DNA from: a virus
Taxonomy: Duplodnaviria > Caudoviricetes
Direction: 5' to 3' (one strand)
DNA length: 64,000 bases
IMG/VR virus record: IMGVR_UViG_3300031996_000001
Span: 1 to 64,000 of that record
Below the pieces are notes generated by a model. That model ran no database searches. It was given only the letters and a program-made list of their open reading frames with translations, and was not told the DNA's origin. A program made the translations under genes and the position numbers. Positions 44,501 to 54,342 of the stretch are shown in pieces (the stretch's first letter is position 1; each line of letters opens with the position of its first letter).

Positions 44501-45153
44501 CAGGACCGCTCCTCGCGGCCCAGCCGCCGTCCGGCCTCGAAGGCGTCGTTGGCGTTGACCGCCGACTCCTCGGCGATCAGCTCGATCGCGCGCATCAGCC
44601 CGTCCTGGAAGCCGGTCTCGTAGGACTTCGGCGTGCCCGCCGGGCGCATCTGCACCTCGGCCAGCAGGATCTGCAGCGCCGGGGAGGCGCCGCGCTCCAT
44701 CCCCTCGCGGAAGATCGTGTCAACCGCCTGCCGGAAGGGCTCGCTGACCAGCAGCGTCTCGGCCCGCTCCAGCCAGTGGCCGCTGACGATCTCCGACGCG
44801 GCGCCCCACAGGTTCTCCCGGACCGCCTGCTCCGGCGGGATGCCGGGGTGCGCGGTGATCACCAGCAGCTCGGCGATCCGGTCGCGCAGCTGCGCTCGGC
44901 CGGTCGTCGGGTGCGGGTGCTCCTCCTCGTAGATCTTCCCGCGCAGGTAGACCGCCAGGTCCAGGACCTCGCCGTAGGCGTCCAGCAGGAAGGACCGCCC
45001 GTTGAACGGCCGGAGTCCGGTGCCGTACTTCTTGATCCCCAGCGCCAGCCGGTCCTGCAGGTCGTCGGTGACCAGGTTGTGCATGATCGGCAGCCGCTCG
45101 TCGGCCACGGTGGGCAGAGGCTGGTCGGACTCGGGGTCTCGGACGTCGCTCAC
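44500..45153 (-). CDS. All-alpha NTP pyrophosphatase (MazG-like) N-terminal domain protein
   Basis: R..LG.KKYGT.L.PFNGR..L.DAY.EVLDLAVY. Confidence 0.5.
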   Translation of the reverse strand: MSDVRDPESDQPLPTVADERLPIMHNLVTDDLQDRLALGIKKYGTGLRPFNGRSFLLDAYGEVLDLAVYLRGKIYEEEHPHPTTGRAQLRDRIAELLVITAHPGIPPEQAVRENLWGAASEIVSGHWLERAETLLVSEPFRQAVDTIFREGMERGASPALQILLAEVQMRPAGTPKSYETGFQDGLMRAIELIAEESAVNANDAFEAGRRLGREERS

Positions 45154-45779
45154 GCGCTGATCTCCATCGTCATCGTCATCTCGGGGTCGTGCTCAGGGGT
45201 GGTGCGGGGTGCCGGGACCAGTCTGGTCACCGGTGCGAGCGTGGCCGCCTCGGCCCGTGCGCGCCGCTTGGCCGCCAGCCGCTCGAAGCGCCGGTTCTCC
45301 GCCAGCGCCTCGGTGTGCGCCCGGAAGATCTCCTCCGGCGAGACGTAGGCGGGGTTGTCCAGCTCGTCGTCGTCCCAGGCCATCGGCGGCAGCCAGCCCT
45401 TGCGCGCCGCCAGCAGCCGCGTGCGGGACGACGGACCGGCGGTGGCCCAGAGCTGGTCGTAGAGCTTGACCATCGCGTCGTGGGTGGACCGATGGACATG
45501 ACCGCGCCGCATGATGTGGGTGATGTCGAACCGGATCCCGGCCATCTCGATCTGCGTGTCGGTCGTCCAGCCCAGGCAGCACAGCGCCCGGTACCGCCGG
45601 ATGAACCCGACCGCGCTGACCCGGGCGGGCATCCCGCGCTTGGCCAGGTAGTCAGAGCGTTTGCGCTGCTCAGAGCGCCGCTTCTTCGCCTCGGGGGACT
45701 TGCAGCCGTAGTAGTAGGCCGACGCCGTGTGGTGGCGCGGGCTCGGACAGGCGGGCACGCACAGCGCGCGGTCAGGCAC
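45150..45779 (-). CDS. Actinophage HTH-type DNA-binding protein
   Basis: H.T...Y.YGC, G..RR.RAL...GW, LYDQLW, A.RKGWLPPMAWDDD. Confidence 0.65.
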   Translation of the reverse strand: MPDRALCVPACPSPRHHTASAYYYGCKSPEAKKRRSEQRKRSDYLAKRGMPARVSAVGFIRRYRALCCLGWTTDTQIEMAGIRFDITHIMRRGHVHRSTHDAMVKLYDQLWATAGPSSRTRLLAARKGWLPPMAWDDDELDNPAYVSPEEIFRAHTEALAENRRFERLAAKRRARAEAATLAPVTRLVPAPRTTPEHDPEMTMTMEISA

Positions 45780-46065
45780 CGAACCCCCGCCACTGCAGCA
45801 TGACCGTGCCGCGCTCCGTGCAGAGCACCACCCCGCAGAGCAGGGCCAGCTTCTTCAGCCCGCGCGCCTCGTCCTTCAGCACCGACCGGCCGTCGCGGTG
45901 CGCCAGCAGCGGGGTCACCCGCCCGTAGATCGTCTTCCCCCGCAGCCGTGTCAACCGGGCGAGCCGCAGCGGCCCCACCCAGACGTCCGCCGAACTTCCC
46001 GTCGCCGCGTGCTCGACCAGCACCAAGGACTTCATCCCGCTCCCCGCACAGACCCACCGGCGCAC
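45772..46065 (-). CDS. Hypothetical protein
   Basis: Coupled ORF. Confidence 0.5.
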   Translation of the reverse strand: MRRWVCAGSGMKSLVLVEHAATGSSADVWVGPLRLARLTRLRGKTIYGRVTPLLAHRDGRSVLKDEARGLKKLALLCGVVLCTERGTVMLQWRGFGA

Positions 46066-46240
46066 CTCCTCGTGTGCGCTCCGTAGATGATGTGTCGACG
46101 GGGTGCAAGGGCCCTATGGCAGATTCATCCAAACGTGTTACCGGAACATCATCGACTTTCGCTATACCCAGGGAACCCGGCATGTCGCGGTACGTTACCG
46201 GCTATAGTGCTTCCACATCAACAAGACGCAGGAGGTCTTC

Positions 46241-47257
46241 GTGACCCTCGCCGTACCCGCCGTACCCGCGCTGATCCCGGCGAACACCATCGCCAGCTAC
46301 TCCGATCTCGGCAAGCACGGGCAGTGCAAGCGCGCCTGGTGGCTGTCGACCTACCGGCGCCTGCGCCCGCTGGACGAGCCGCCCACGGGCCCGCTGCCCT
46401 TCGGCTCCCGGATCCACGCCGCGCTGGAGGCCTACTACGACGGCACGGTGCCCTCCCCCGTGCTCGCCTGGAGCGCGCTGATGGCCCACGAGTACGCCGT
46501 GGACGAGAGCAACGGCGGGATGCACACCGCGAGCCTGGACAAGGAGTCGAAGCTCGGCCACACCATGCTGGAGGGCTACCTGGAGTGGGTGGACGAGTCC
46601 GGCGAGGACGCCAAGTACGAGGTCATCGGCGTCGAGACCCAGATGGCCCAGCACCTCTCGATCGACGTCCGGGTCGACGGTGAGGAGTACACCGTCTCGG
46701 TCCTGGTGCGCGGCAAGCTGGACCGCCGTTTGCGCAGGAAGACCGACGGTGCCGTGCTGGTCGGGGACTTCAAGACCACCGCCAGCGTCGCCGAGACCGC
46801 CATCGCCGACCAGCTGGCCAGCCCGCAGCCGCGCCTCTACCTGATGCTGGAGCGCGCCCACGCCGAGCCCGACCAGTGGAGCGCCGGGTTCGTCATCACG
46901 ATGCTGCGCAAGGTCCTGCGCACCAAGACGTCGTCCCCGCCGTACTACATGCGCCTGGAGCACACCGTGACCCCGGTGGAGCTGGAGGCCTACACCGCCC
47001 GCCTCCGGGGCGCCGTGGAGGACCTGGCGACCACCCAGCTGCGCCTGGACAACGGCCGCGACCCGCGCGAGGTGGCCTACTTCAACCCCGGCTGGTGGTG
47101 CAAGAGCTGCCCGTTCAAGCTCGCCTGCGACCTGATGCAGACCCAGCCCGCCGGTGCCGAGGCGATGCTGTCCGACCTGTTCTACGAGGGCGACCCGTGG
47201 ACCCGGTACCTGGTCGGTGAGGCCACTGAGGCCGGTGAGGCCTCAACCAACTTCTGA
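46241..47257 (+). CDS. PD-(D/E)XK exonuclease (RecB/Cas4-like)
   Basis: SYS..C.R.W, GSRIH..LE, GKLDR, DFKT, Q..LY, C..CPF..AC. Confidence 0.88.
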   Translation: MTLAVPAVPALIPANTIASYSDLGKHGQCKRAWWLSTYRRLRPLDEPPTGPLPFGSRIHAALEAYYDGTVPSPVLAWSALMAHEYAVDESNGGMHTASLDKESKLGHTMLEGYLEWVDESGEDAKYEVIGVETQMAQHLSIDVRVDGEEYTVSVLVRGKLDRRLRRKTDGAVLVGDFKTTASVAETAIADQLASPQPRLYLMLERAHAEPDQWSAGFVITMLRKVLRTKTSSPPYYMRLEHTVTPVELEAYTARLRGAVEDLATTQLRLDNGRDPREVAYFNPGWWCKSCPFKLACDLMQTQPAGAEAMLSDLFYEGDPWTRYLVGEATEAGEASTNF

Positions 47258-47422
47258 GACAACCCGCTACCGGGGGACTACCGAACGCGACGGGGTACTG
47301 CTACCGTCTGTCAACGAATCGCACGCCGATCCATCAAGATCAACCGATCCATCCATCAGCCTGAGACATCATCAGTTGTCAACAAACTCTGTGGTCTCGG
47401 GCACCGCACGATCGGAGCCCGC

Positions 47423-48352
47423 ATGTCAACCACCGCGACGCCGAGCCCGGCTGAGCTGAAGGCCGCCAAGGCCGCTCAGACCGGCACTGGCCTGCACCGC
47501 GCGCTGAGCATGATCGTCCACGGCCCGTCCAAGGTCGGGAAGTCGCTGCTCGGAGCGTCCACCCCGCCGCCTCGCGTCATCTTCGACGTCGAGAGCGCCG
47601 CCCGGTTCCTGCCGCTGAAGGCCGTCACCTGGAACCCGGACAACCCGCCGCCGGTCTTCGACGGTACGTGGGACACCGCTGTGATCCCCGTCCGGTCCTG
47701 GCTGGACGCCACCAAGGGCCTGGCCTGGCTGCAGACCGGCCAGCACCCGTTCAAGTCGGCCACGATCGACTCGATCTCGGAGCTGCAGTACCGGTACATC
47801 GAGCACCAGACCGGCCGCGAGCAGATGAAGATCCAGGACTGGGGCAGTGCGCTCCGCGAGGTCGGTGGGTTCGTCCGTGACCTCCGCGACCTCACGATGC
47901 ACCCGACCAAGCCGCTGGAGGCCGTGCTGGTCACCGCGATGACCCGCGAGGACCAGAAGGGCGTGAGCCGCCCGGCGCTGCAGGGCCAGCTGGGGACGCA
48001 GATCCCCTACCTCCCCGACGTCTGCGCCTACCTCTACGTCGAGCCCGACGAGAACGGCGTGGAGACCCGCTACCTGCGCACCCGGCGCACCAAGGAGTTC
48101 GAGGCCGGTGAGCGCGTCGGCGGCCGGATCCCCGAGATCCTGAAGCTGCCGCAGGTCACGGGTTCGACCCTGGAGGAGATCCGGGAGAAGAACACCACCT
48201 TCGCCAAGATCATCAACATGGTCTTCAAGGAGCTGGCGCCCCTGATCGCCGAGCCCGCGCACATCACCGCCCCTGAAGCTCCGGCCGCTCCGGCGTCCGG
48301 TGACGACGTGTCAACCACCAGCACCGCCAACACCAAGGAGAACGCAGCATGA
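47423..48352 (+). CDS. AAA_24 / Sak4-like ATPase
   Basis: HGPSKVGKS, IDSISELQ, D.. YL. Confidence 0.82.
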   Translation: MSTTATPSPAELKAAKAAQTGTGLHRALSMIVHGPSKVGKSLLGASTPPPRVIFDVESAARFLPLKAVTWNPDNPPPVFDGTWDTAVIPVRSWLDATKGLAWLQTGQHPFKSATIDSISELQYRYIEHQTGREQMKIQDWGSALREVGGFVRDLRDLTMHPTKPLEAVLVTAMTREDQKGVSRPALQGQLGTQIPYLPDVCAYLYVEPDENGVETRYLRTRRTKEFEAGERVGGRIPEILKLPQVTGSTLEEIREKNTTFAKIINMVFKELAPLIAEPAHITAPEAPAAPASGDDVSTTSTANTKENAA

Positions 48353-48894
48353 GCACCTTCGACTTCGCATCCGAGTTCGAGAGCTTCGGCGACGACCTGA
48401 AGGGCACCGCCTACGAGGGCGACTTCGTCATGGTCGTCCGCAAGGCGGAGCCGGGCACCACGGCCAAGGGCAAGCAGAAGTTCCAGCTCACGCTGGAGTT
48501 CGTCGGCGGCCCGAACCACGGCAAGACCGTGCCGCAGCAGCTGGTCTGGAGCCCGGAGAACGACACGGCGGCCAAGATCTTCGCGTCCTCGCTGCGCGTC
48601 CTCGGTGCGCCGCAGGAGTGGATCATGGCCACCAAGCCCACCCCGGAGCAGATCGCGCAGCAGATCACCGGCACCAAGTTCGAGGCCCGCTGCAAGGCCG
48701 GGGAGTTCAACGGCCAGCCGCAGACCAACGTCAGCTTCCGCAAGACGCTGTCGGTGGACACGCCGGTCGCCGGTGCGGCCAAGAGCGAGGCCGCGTCGGC
48801 CGCCGTCTCCCTGGACGACGAGCCCGCCGCTGCGCCATCGGCCGCCGAGGTCAAGGCTGCCGCCGCCGACCCGGACAACCCCTGGGCCGCGTGA
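48349..48894 (+). CDS. ssDNA-binding protein (DUF669-like)
   Basis: EGDF...V.KAE.G.T.KGK.....L....GP..G; acidic tail ending DNPW. Confidence 0.75.
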   Translation: MSTFDFASEFESFGDDLKGTAYEGDFVMVVRKAEPGTTAKGKQKFQLTLEFVGGPNHGKTVPQQLVWSPENDTAAKIFASSLRVLGAPQEWIMATKPTPEQIAQQITGTKFEARCKAGEFNGQPQTNVSFRKTLSVDTPVAGAAKSEAASAAVSLDDEPAAAPSAAEVKAAAADPDNPWAA

Positions 48895-49082
48895 GCACCG
48901 TCTTCGGGTCGTCACGCGCTGAGCAGGCCGGGGGCGTGACCCTCGGCCAGCTCAGCGACGTGATCGACCGGGCCAAGGCCTACGCGCTGACCTTGGGCAA
49001 GAGCCCCGATCAGATCGAGCCCAAGGTGCGCGTCACCTTCGGCGGCAAGATCCGCAACATCGAGATCGAGATCGAGGACTGA
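48891..49082 (+). CDS. Hypothetical protein
   Basis: GTGA coupling. Confidence 0.6.
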   Translation: MSTVFGSSRAEQAGGVTLGQLSDVIDRAKAYALTLGKSPDQIEPKVRVTFGGKIRNIEIEIED

Positions 49083-49086
49083 CCCA

Positions 49087-50874
49087 GTGTCTGCCGTGCC
49101 GAACCTCCGGATCGACGTGCTGACCAGCCCAGACCGCGTGAGCGAGTTCTGGGCCTGGTTGACACGGCCGGGCCGGGCCTATGTCGCGGTGGACCTGGAG
49201 ACCACGGGACTGGACTGGTGGAACCCGGGATTCCGGATCCGCCTGGCGCAGTTCGGTGACTCGGCCGGGGGCTGGGCCATCCCCTTCGAGGGGTGGCCCG
49301 CCCTCGTGGCCGGGGCCCTGCAGTGGTGCTCCGAGCACCGCGTCAAGATCGTCTTCCACAACGGCATCGGCTTCGACGCGCTGGCCTTCCGGTCAGCGGG
49401 CATCGAGCTGGACTGGTCGATCCTGGAAGACACGATGGTCTGGGCGGCCGTGTCCGGCTTCGCCGACCAGGACCGGATGCTGAAGAACCTCGCCATGCGC
49501 GAGTTCGGCCCGTGGGCTGGCGCCGGTGACCGGCTGCTGAAGACCGGCATGAAGAACGCGGGCTGGACCTGGGCGGATGTCCCGCTGGACTGGAAGCCCT
49601 ATCCCCTCTACGGCGTGGTTGACACCTGCATCACCGCTGGCCTCTGGGAGGCCTGGGAGCCGCGCCGCAAGCGCTGGGCGGGCGACCACGCGCTGGAGGT
49701 CGCCACCAGCCGGATCGTCAACAACATGCAGTGGAACGGCGTGGCCACCGACGGCGCCTACCTCTGGGACCAGATCAGTGCCCACGAGGACCGCGAGGCC
49801 GAGATCCAGGCGCAGCTGAAGGCCCTGGGCATCACCAACCCGGCGCAGAACGGCCAGCTGGAGGTGCTGCTGAAGAAGGACGGCTTCCCGCTGGAGGAGA
49901 AGACCGCCAGCGGCAAGGCCAAGCTGGACAAGGACGTGCTGGAGCACATCGACCACCCGGCCGCCAAGCTGGTCCAGGCCTACCGCTGGAACCACCGCGT
50001 GCTGGGCACCTACCTCCGGCCGATCTTCGAGGGCAGCGGCGCCGTCCTGGAGCGCGGCACGCTGCACCCCAACATCAAGCCCATCGAGGCCAAGACCGGC
50101 CGGATGAGCGTCGAGAACCCGCCGATGCAGCAGCTGCCGAGCGATGACCCCGTCGTCCGCCGCGCCATCATCGGGCGCACCGACGAGGAGGTCGTCCTCT
50201 CCTCCGACTTCGGGCAGATCGAGCTGCGCCTGTGGGGGTCCATCAACGGCGACCAGGCGCTGATCGACACGATCAAGACCGCCGACGAGATCGGCGGGGA
50301 CTTCTTCGTGGAGGTCGGCAAGGCCGTCTACGGCGAGCCCGACTTCAAGAAGGCCGACCCGCGCCGTCGCCAGCTGAAGTCCACGATCTACGCCAAGCTG
50401 TTCGCCGGGGGCATCGAGACCGCCGCCGGGCAGGCGGGCGTCAACGTCTACTCCCTGGTGCCGACGTGGAAGCTGCTGGAGCAGACCTACCCGTCGCTGC
50501 AGGACCTGGGCACCAAGCTGATCGAGACCCGGAAGGGCCCGGACGGTGACGAGCACGTCGTCACCAGCCCGTGGGGCCGCGAGTTCAAGGTCAAGGACCC
50601 CACCGAGCGCCGCAAGCTGGGCAACTACGTGACCCAGGGGTCGGCCGCGATCACACTGAAGAAAGCCCTGGTCAGCCTGGACGCCGCTGGCTTCGGCCCG
50701 CACATGATGCTGCCCGTCCACGACGAGATCCTGATGAGCGTGAGCAAGGCCGAGGCCGAGGAGGCCAAGGCCGAGGTCGCCGCGTGCATGGACGCGATCA
50801 TCGACGCCGAGCAGTGGGGCATCGCCGTGACCGCAGAGCCCGGGATCGGCGCCAACTGGGCGGAGGCGCACTGA
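49087..50874 (+). CDS. polA: DNA polymerase family A with 3'-5' exonuclease
   Basis: DLETTG, HN..FD, TGRMS..NP.MQQLP, DFGQIELR, K...YA.LFAGG, QGSAA, VHDE. Confidence 0.93.
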   Translation: MSAVPNLRIDVLTSPDRVSEFWAWLTRPGRAYVAVDLETTGLDWWNPGFRIRLAQFGDSAGGWAIPFEGWPALVAGALQWCSEHRVKIVFHNGIGFDALAFRSAGIELDWSILEDTMVWAAVSGFADQDRMLKNLAMREFGPWAGAGDRLLKTGMKNAGWTWADVPLDWKPYPLYGVVDTCITAGLWEAWEPRRKRWAGDHALEVATSRIVNNMQWNGVATDGAYLWDQISAHEDREAEIQAQLKALGITNPAQNGQLEVLLKKDGFPLEEKTASGKAKLDKDVLEHIDHPAAKLVQAYRWNHRVLGTYLRPIFEGSGAVLERGTLHPNIKPIEAKTGRMSVENPPMQQLPSDDPVVRRAIIGRTDEEVVLSSDFGQIELRLWGSINGDQALIDTIKTADEIGGDFFVEVGKAVYGEPDFKKADPRRRQLKSTIYAKLFAGGIETAAGQAGVNVYSLVPTWKLLEQTYPSLQDLGTKLIETRKGPDGDEHVVTSPWGREFKVKDPTERRKLGNYVTQGSAAITLKKALVSLDAAGFGPHMMLPVHDEILMSVSKAEAEEAKAEVAACMDAIIDAEQWGIAVTAEPGIGANWAEAH

Positions 50875-51380
50875 TGCGGCAGGTCGTTCTACGGGGGCAC
50901 CAGCGGATCCTGGCCGTGGACCCGGGCGGCACCACGGGGTGGGTGCTGTTCGAGCCGTCGGCCGAGGTCGAGGACTGGGGCGGCTACGGGATCAACGTCA
51001 TCGAGTGGGGCGAGGAGCCCGACCCGGACGCGGTCGGTGACCTGGTCTGGCGCTGGAAGACCGCGCGGCTGAAGTACGAGCGGTTGACAGCGATCGTCTG
51101 CGAGCGCTTCGTGCCGCGCCCCGGCGTGCGCACCTGGGAGCCCGAGCCCGTCGAGATCGCCGGGAACCTCCGCTGGCTGATCGGCAAGGAGCGCTTCTTC
51201 CTGCAGCAGCCCTCCGACGCCAAGGCCTTCGGCACCGGCACCAAGATTCACAAGTACACCCGGGGCTGGGACCTGCCGTTCAACGTCGGCCGGGGCGGCG
51301 CCGGGCACGCGCACGATGCGCTGCGCCACGCGCTGCTGTTCACCAACGTCCGCTGGAGCCCCGAGGAGGCCGCAGCATGA
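50874..51380 (+). CDS. RuvC-like Holliday junction resolvase
   Basis: LAVDPGGTTGW, VCERF, H..DA.RH. Confidence 0.75.
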   Translation: MRQVVLRGHQRILAVDPGGTTGWVLFEPSAEVEDWGGYGINVIEWGEEPDPDAVGDLVWRWKTARLKYERLTAIVCERFVPRPGVRTWEPEPVEIAGNLRWLIGKERFFLQQPSDAKAFGTGTKIHKYTRGWDLPFNVGRGGAGHAHDALRHALLFTNVRWSPEEAAA

Positions 51381-51697
51381 CCGTCCTGGCCCTGATGTCC
51401 CCGGAGACCGCCGTCGAGCGTCTGGCGGCGCTGAGGGCGCTGCACCAGCCCTTCGGGATCTACGACGAGTGCGGGCACGACCACACCGAGGAGGACTTCG
51501 AGGCCGGTCGCTGCATCGAGGTCGACCTGATCGGCTACACCTGCGAGGAGGGCCTGCAGTACCGGATCTGCACGCACTGCTGCACCGACGACGCGACCTT
51601 CGAGCAGTACCAGACCGAGCGCTGCGCCGAGGGCCACGACCACGGCGCCGGGGTCCCGATCTGCAAGACGATGGCCATCCTGGAAGGCGCCGCGTGA
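51377..51697 (+). CDS. Cys/His-rich hypothetical protein
   Basis: LHQP..CGH...CTHC...CKT. Confidence 0.65.
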   Translation: MTVLALMSPETAVERLAALRALHQPFGIYDECGHDHTEEDFEAGRCIEVDLIGYTCEEGLQYRICTHCCTDDATFEQYQTERCAEGHDHGAGVPICKTMAILEGAA

Positions 51698-51918
51698 GCG
51701 CCCAACGTCTGGGTGAAAAGTCCATCCGGCGCTTGGAACGGGCCACTGGCCAGGACATTCTTCGTGCCTGGGGCAACGGCGGCTACGTGCTGTCGTTCGT
51801 GGCCACCGCCCACCGGCACGGCTGGTTCGACAAGAAGACCGAGCAGTGGGGCTGGGACGACGCGCCTGTCCAGCACTACGTGAGCTGCCGCGAGCTGTTC
51901 CCCGAGGAGTACCGATGA
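51694..51918 (+). CDS. Hypothetical protein
   Basis: Coupled both sides. Confidence 0.6.
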   Translation: MSAQRLGEKSIRRLERATGQDILRAWGNGGYVLSFVATAHRHGWFDKKTEQWGWDDAPVQHYVSCRELFPEEYR

Positions 51919-53855
51919 CCGCAGTCCTGAGCAAGCCGGTTGACACGAGCAAGTTGGCGTCCGCGACCCCGGGGATCTACCCCTACGAGCTGACCAGCGG
52001 CAACTACGCCGGGCGGATGGCCGTCTACGTCCCGCCGACCTACATGCCGCGCGTCCAGCAGATCCCCGGCGCGCGGTACTCCAAGGGCGACCAGGTCTGG
52101 ACGCTGCCCAAGGCCTACCCGGCCGTGCTCTCGCTGTCGGCGATGGCCAAGGAGACCGGGCTGCGGATCCTGCCGCACCCGGAGCTGAACGCCTGGGTGA
52201 TCGAGCAGAGCAAGCACTGGAAGGCCCTGCGCGCCCTGTCGGCCGCGTACACGCCCGGCGCGACCAAGGGCCCCGACGACCTGTTCTACCCGCACCAGGA
52301 GGACGACGGGGAGTGGTTCGCCTACGGCGACGGCGTCGAGCCGATGCGCGCCCGGCTGCTGCTCTCGGAGACCGGCATCGGCAAGACCGCCGGGACGATC
52401 AACGGGATGCGCAAGCTGGGCCTGCCCGCCGAGGGTCGGCCGGTGCTGATCGCCGCGCCCAAGAAGACCCTGAAGACCGCGTGGGTGGACGACCTGGAGC
52501 AGTTCCTGCCCGGCGCCGTGGTGTCCCTGGCGCGCGGCACGGTGACGCAGCGGCGCAAGGCCATCCAGAAGGTGGCCGACGGTGAGGCGAACGTGCTGGT
52601 CATCGGCTGGGACTCGCTGAAGACCCACACCCGCTTCGCCGCGTTCCCCGGCCAGGCGCTGAAGAAGTGCGAGGCCTGCGGCGGGCCCAAGCAGTCCGAG
52701 GAGAACGCCGTCTCCGAGACCCGGTGCCAGAAGCACGAGAAGGAGCTGAACGCCATCGACTGGGCCCTGGTCGTCGGCGACGAGCTGCACCGGGTGATGA
52801 ACGCGACCAGCCAGACCACGATGGCGCTCTGGGGCCTCGTGCGCTCCGCGCCGGAGGCGTTGCGCTGGGGGCTGACCGGCACGCCCGTGTCAACCGAGGT
52901 CGAGCAGGCCTGGACCCTGCTGCACTACGCCGACGCCGAGGCGTGGCCGGTGAAGTCCGCCTGGGTCGACTACTACGCCGAGTCCGGCTACAACTACTCC
53001 GGCTACTACGAGACGTCCGGCTTCAAGCCCGCGCGCCACCAGGAGTTCCAGGACGTCTTCAGCGGGATCACCCGGCGTCGCCTGAAGGCCGAGGTGCTGG
53101 ACCTGCCGCCGCTGCTGATGGGTGGCGGGCTGATCCGCGAGGTTGACATGGCCAAGGAGCAGGCCGCCGCGTACAAGCAGATGCGCGAGGAGATGCTGCT
53201 GAAGGTCTCCGAGGGCGTCATCGTGGCCGCCAACCAGATGGTCGCCGCCGGTCGGCTCACCATGCTGGCCAGCGCCACCGGCTACCCGGAGGACCCCGAG
53301 GCGACCGGCGCGAGCACCGAGGACGACGTCCCGGTGAAGATGCTGCTGCGGATGCCCAGCGGGAAGATCGACGCGGTCATCGAGGACCTGAAGTCCGGCG
53401 AGTTCGGCACCGACTCCGTGGCCATGAGCCTGGAGTCCCGGCGGCTGCTGCGGCTGCTGGAGGGCCAGATGATCGAGGCCGGGATCGGCCCGGACCAGAT
53501 CGCGGTGATCGCCGGGGACATGAGCCAGGCGGCCTGTGATCAGGCGATCTACGACTTCCAGGACGGTAAGAAGCGCTACATGCTCTACACCTACGCGGCC
53601 GGAGGCACGGGCGTCACGCTGACCGCCGCGCGCTGGCTGCTGCGGGTCCAGCGGTCCTGGAGCCCGATCCTGTGGAAGCAGGGACTGGACCGGGTGCACC
53701 GCATCGGCTCGGAGCGGCACGACTCGATCAACGTGGTCGACTACATCACCAGCGGGACGATCGAGGAGAAGCAGATCGACCGCCACGGCGAGAACACCCA
53801 CCTGCTGGAGCAGGTCGTCCAGGACAAGCCGAAGCTGAGTGCCCTGTTCGAGTGA
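51915..53855 (+). CDS. SNF2-family helicase
   Basis: ETGIGKT, VGDELHR, LTGTP, GGTGVTLTAA, Q..DRVHRIG; CxxC Zn-finger insertion. Confidence 0.9.
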   Translation: MTAVLSKPVDTSKLASATPGIYPYELTSGNYAGRMAVYVPPTYMPRVQQIPGARYSKGDQVWTLPKAYPAVLSLSAMAKETGLRILPHPELNAWVIEQSKHWKALRALSAAYTPGATKGPDDLFYPHQEDDGEWFAYGDGVEPMRARLLLSETGIGKTAGTINGMRKLGLPAEGRPVLIAAPKKTLKTAWVDDLEQFLPGAVVSLARGTVTQRRKAIQKVADGEANVLVIGWDSLKTHTRFAAFPGQALKKCEACGGPKQSEENAVSETRCQKHEKELNAIDWALVVGDELHRVMNATSQTTMALWGLVRSAPEALRWGLTGTPVSTEVEQAWTLLHYADAEAWPVKSAWVDYYAESGYNYSGYYETSGFKPARHQEFQDVFSGITRRRLKAEVLDLPPLLMGGGLIREVDMAKEQAAAYKQMREEMLLKVSEGVIVAANQMVAAGRLTMLASATGYPEDPEATGASTEDDVPVKMLLRMPSGKIDAVIEDLKSGEFGTDSVAMSLESRRLLRLLEGQMIEAGIGPDQIAVIAGDMSQAACDQAIYDFQDGKKRYMLYTYAAGGTGVTLTAARWLLRVQRSWSPILWKQGLDRVHRIGSERHDSINVVDYITSGTIEEKQIDRHGENTHLLEQVVQDKPKLSALFE

Positions 53856-53862
53856 TCACAAA

Positions 53863-53892
53863 GTTGACAGAGTTGATCGTTCGCCATACTCT
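53863..53892 (+). promoter_or_regulatory. Promoter with box
   Basis: GTTGACA-GA-GTTGATC; TTGACA-17-TACTCT-7-ATG. Confidence 0.75.
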
Positions 53893-53899
53893 GGGCCGC

Positions 53900-54211
53900 A
53901 TGACCACAGCTACAGCAACGGTGACCGAGCAGGAGCCGCGCAAGACGCGCTCTCGCGTCCTGTTCGAGCCGTTCGAGCAGGTGGCCGAGACCGTCCGGGC
54001 CAACCCGGGTCAGTGGCACCTGGTCGGCGGCGGACCCAAGGAGCGCTACGGCGTCTTCAGCCAGACCGCCTACCGGATCCGGCGCGGTGACATCGCCGCG
54101 TTCCACGAACCTGTAGGTGGGACGTGGGAGGTCCAGGTGTCAACCGACACGACCGTCCCGCGCGAGTACCCGGTGGAGGTCTACCTCCGCTTCGTGCCCG
54201 TCAAGGGCTGA
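53900..54211 (+). CDS. Hypothetical protein, leaderless
   Basis: LRANPGQW-type motif; EVY.RF. Confidence 0.7.
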   Translation: MTTATATVTEQEPRKTRSRVLFEPFEQVAETVRANPGQWHLVGGGPKERYGVFSQTAYRIRRGDIAAFHEPVGGTWEVQVSTDTTVPREYPVEVYLRFVPVKG

Positions 54212-54227
54212 CCAGGCGGTACCTCAC

Positions 54228-54259
54228 GAGGCCCGTCCCGCGTTTGCGGGGCGGGCCTC
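54228..54259 (+). terminator. Hairpin terminator
   Basis: GAGGCCCGTCCCGC-GTTT-GCGGGGCGGGCCTC. Confidence 0.7.
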
Positions 54260-54342
54260 TCGCGTATCCAGGCGGGACAGCAGCGCGTTACCACATCGGT
54301 ACGGTGTGTGCCGATCCCAGCTTCCCGACGTGAGGTGCCCCC

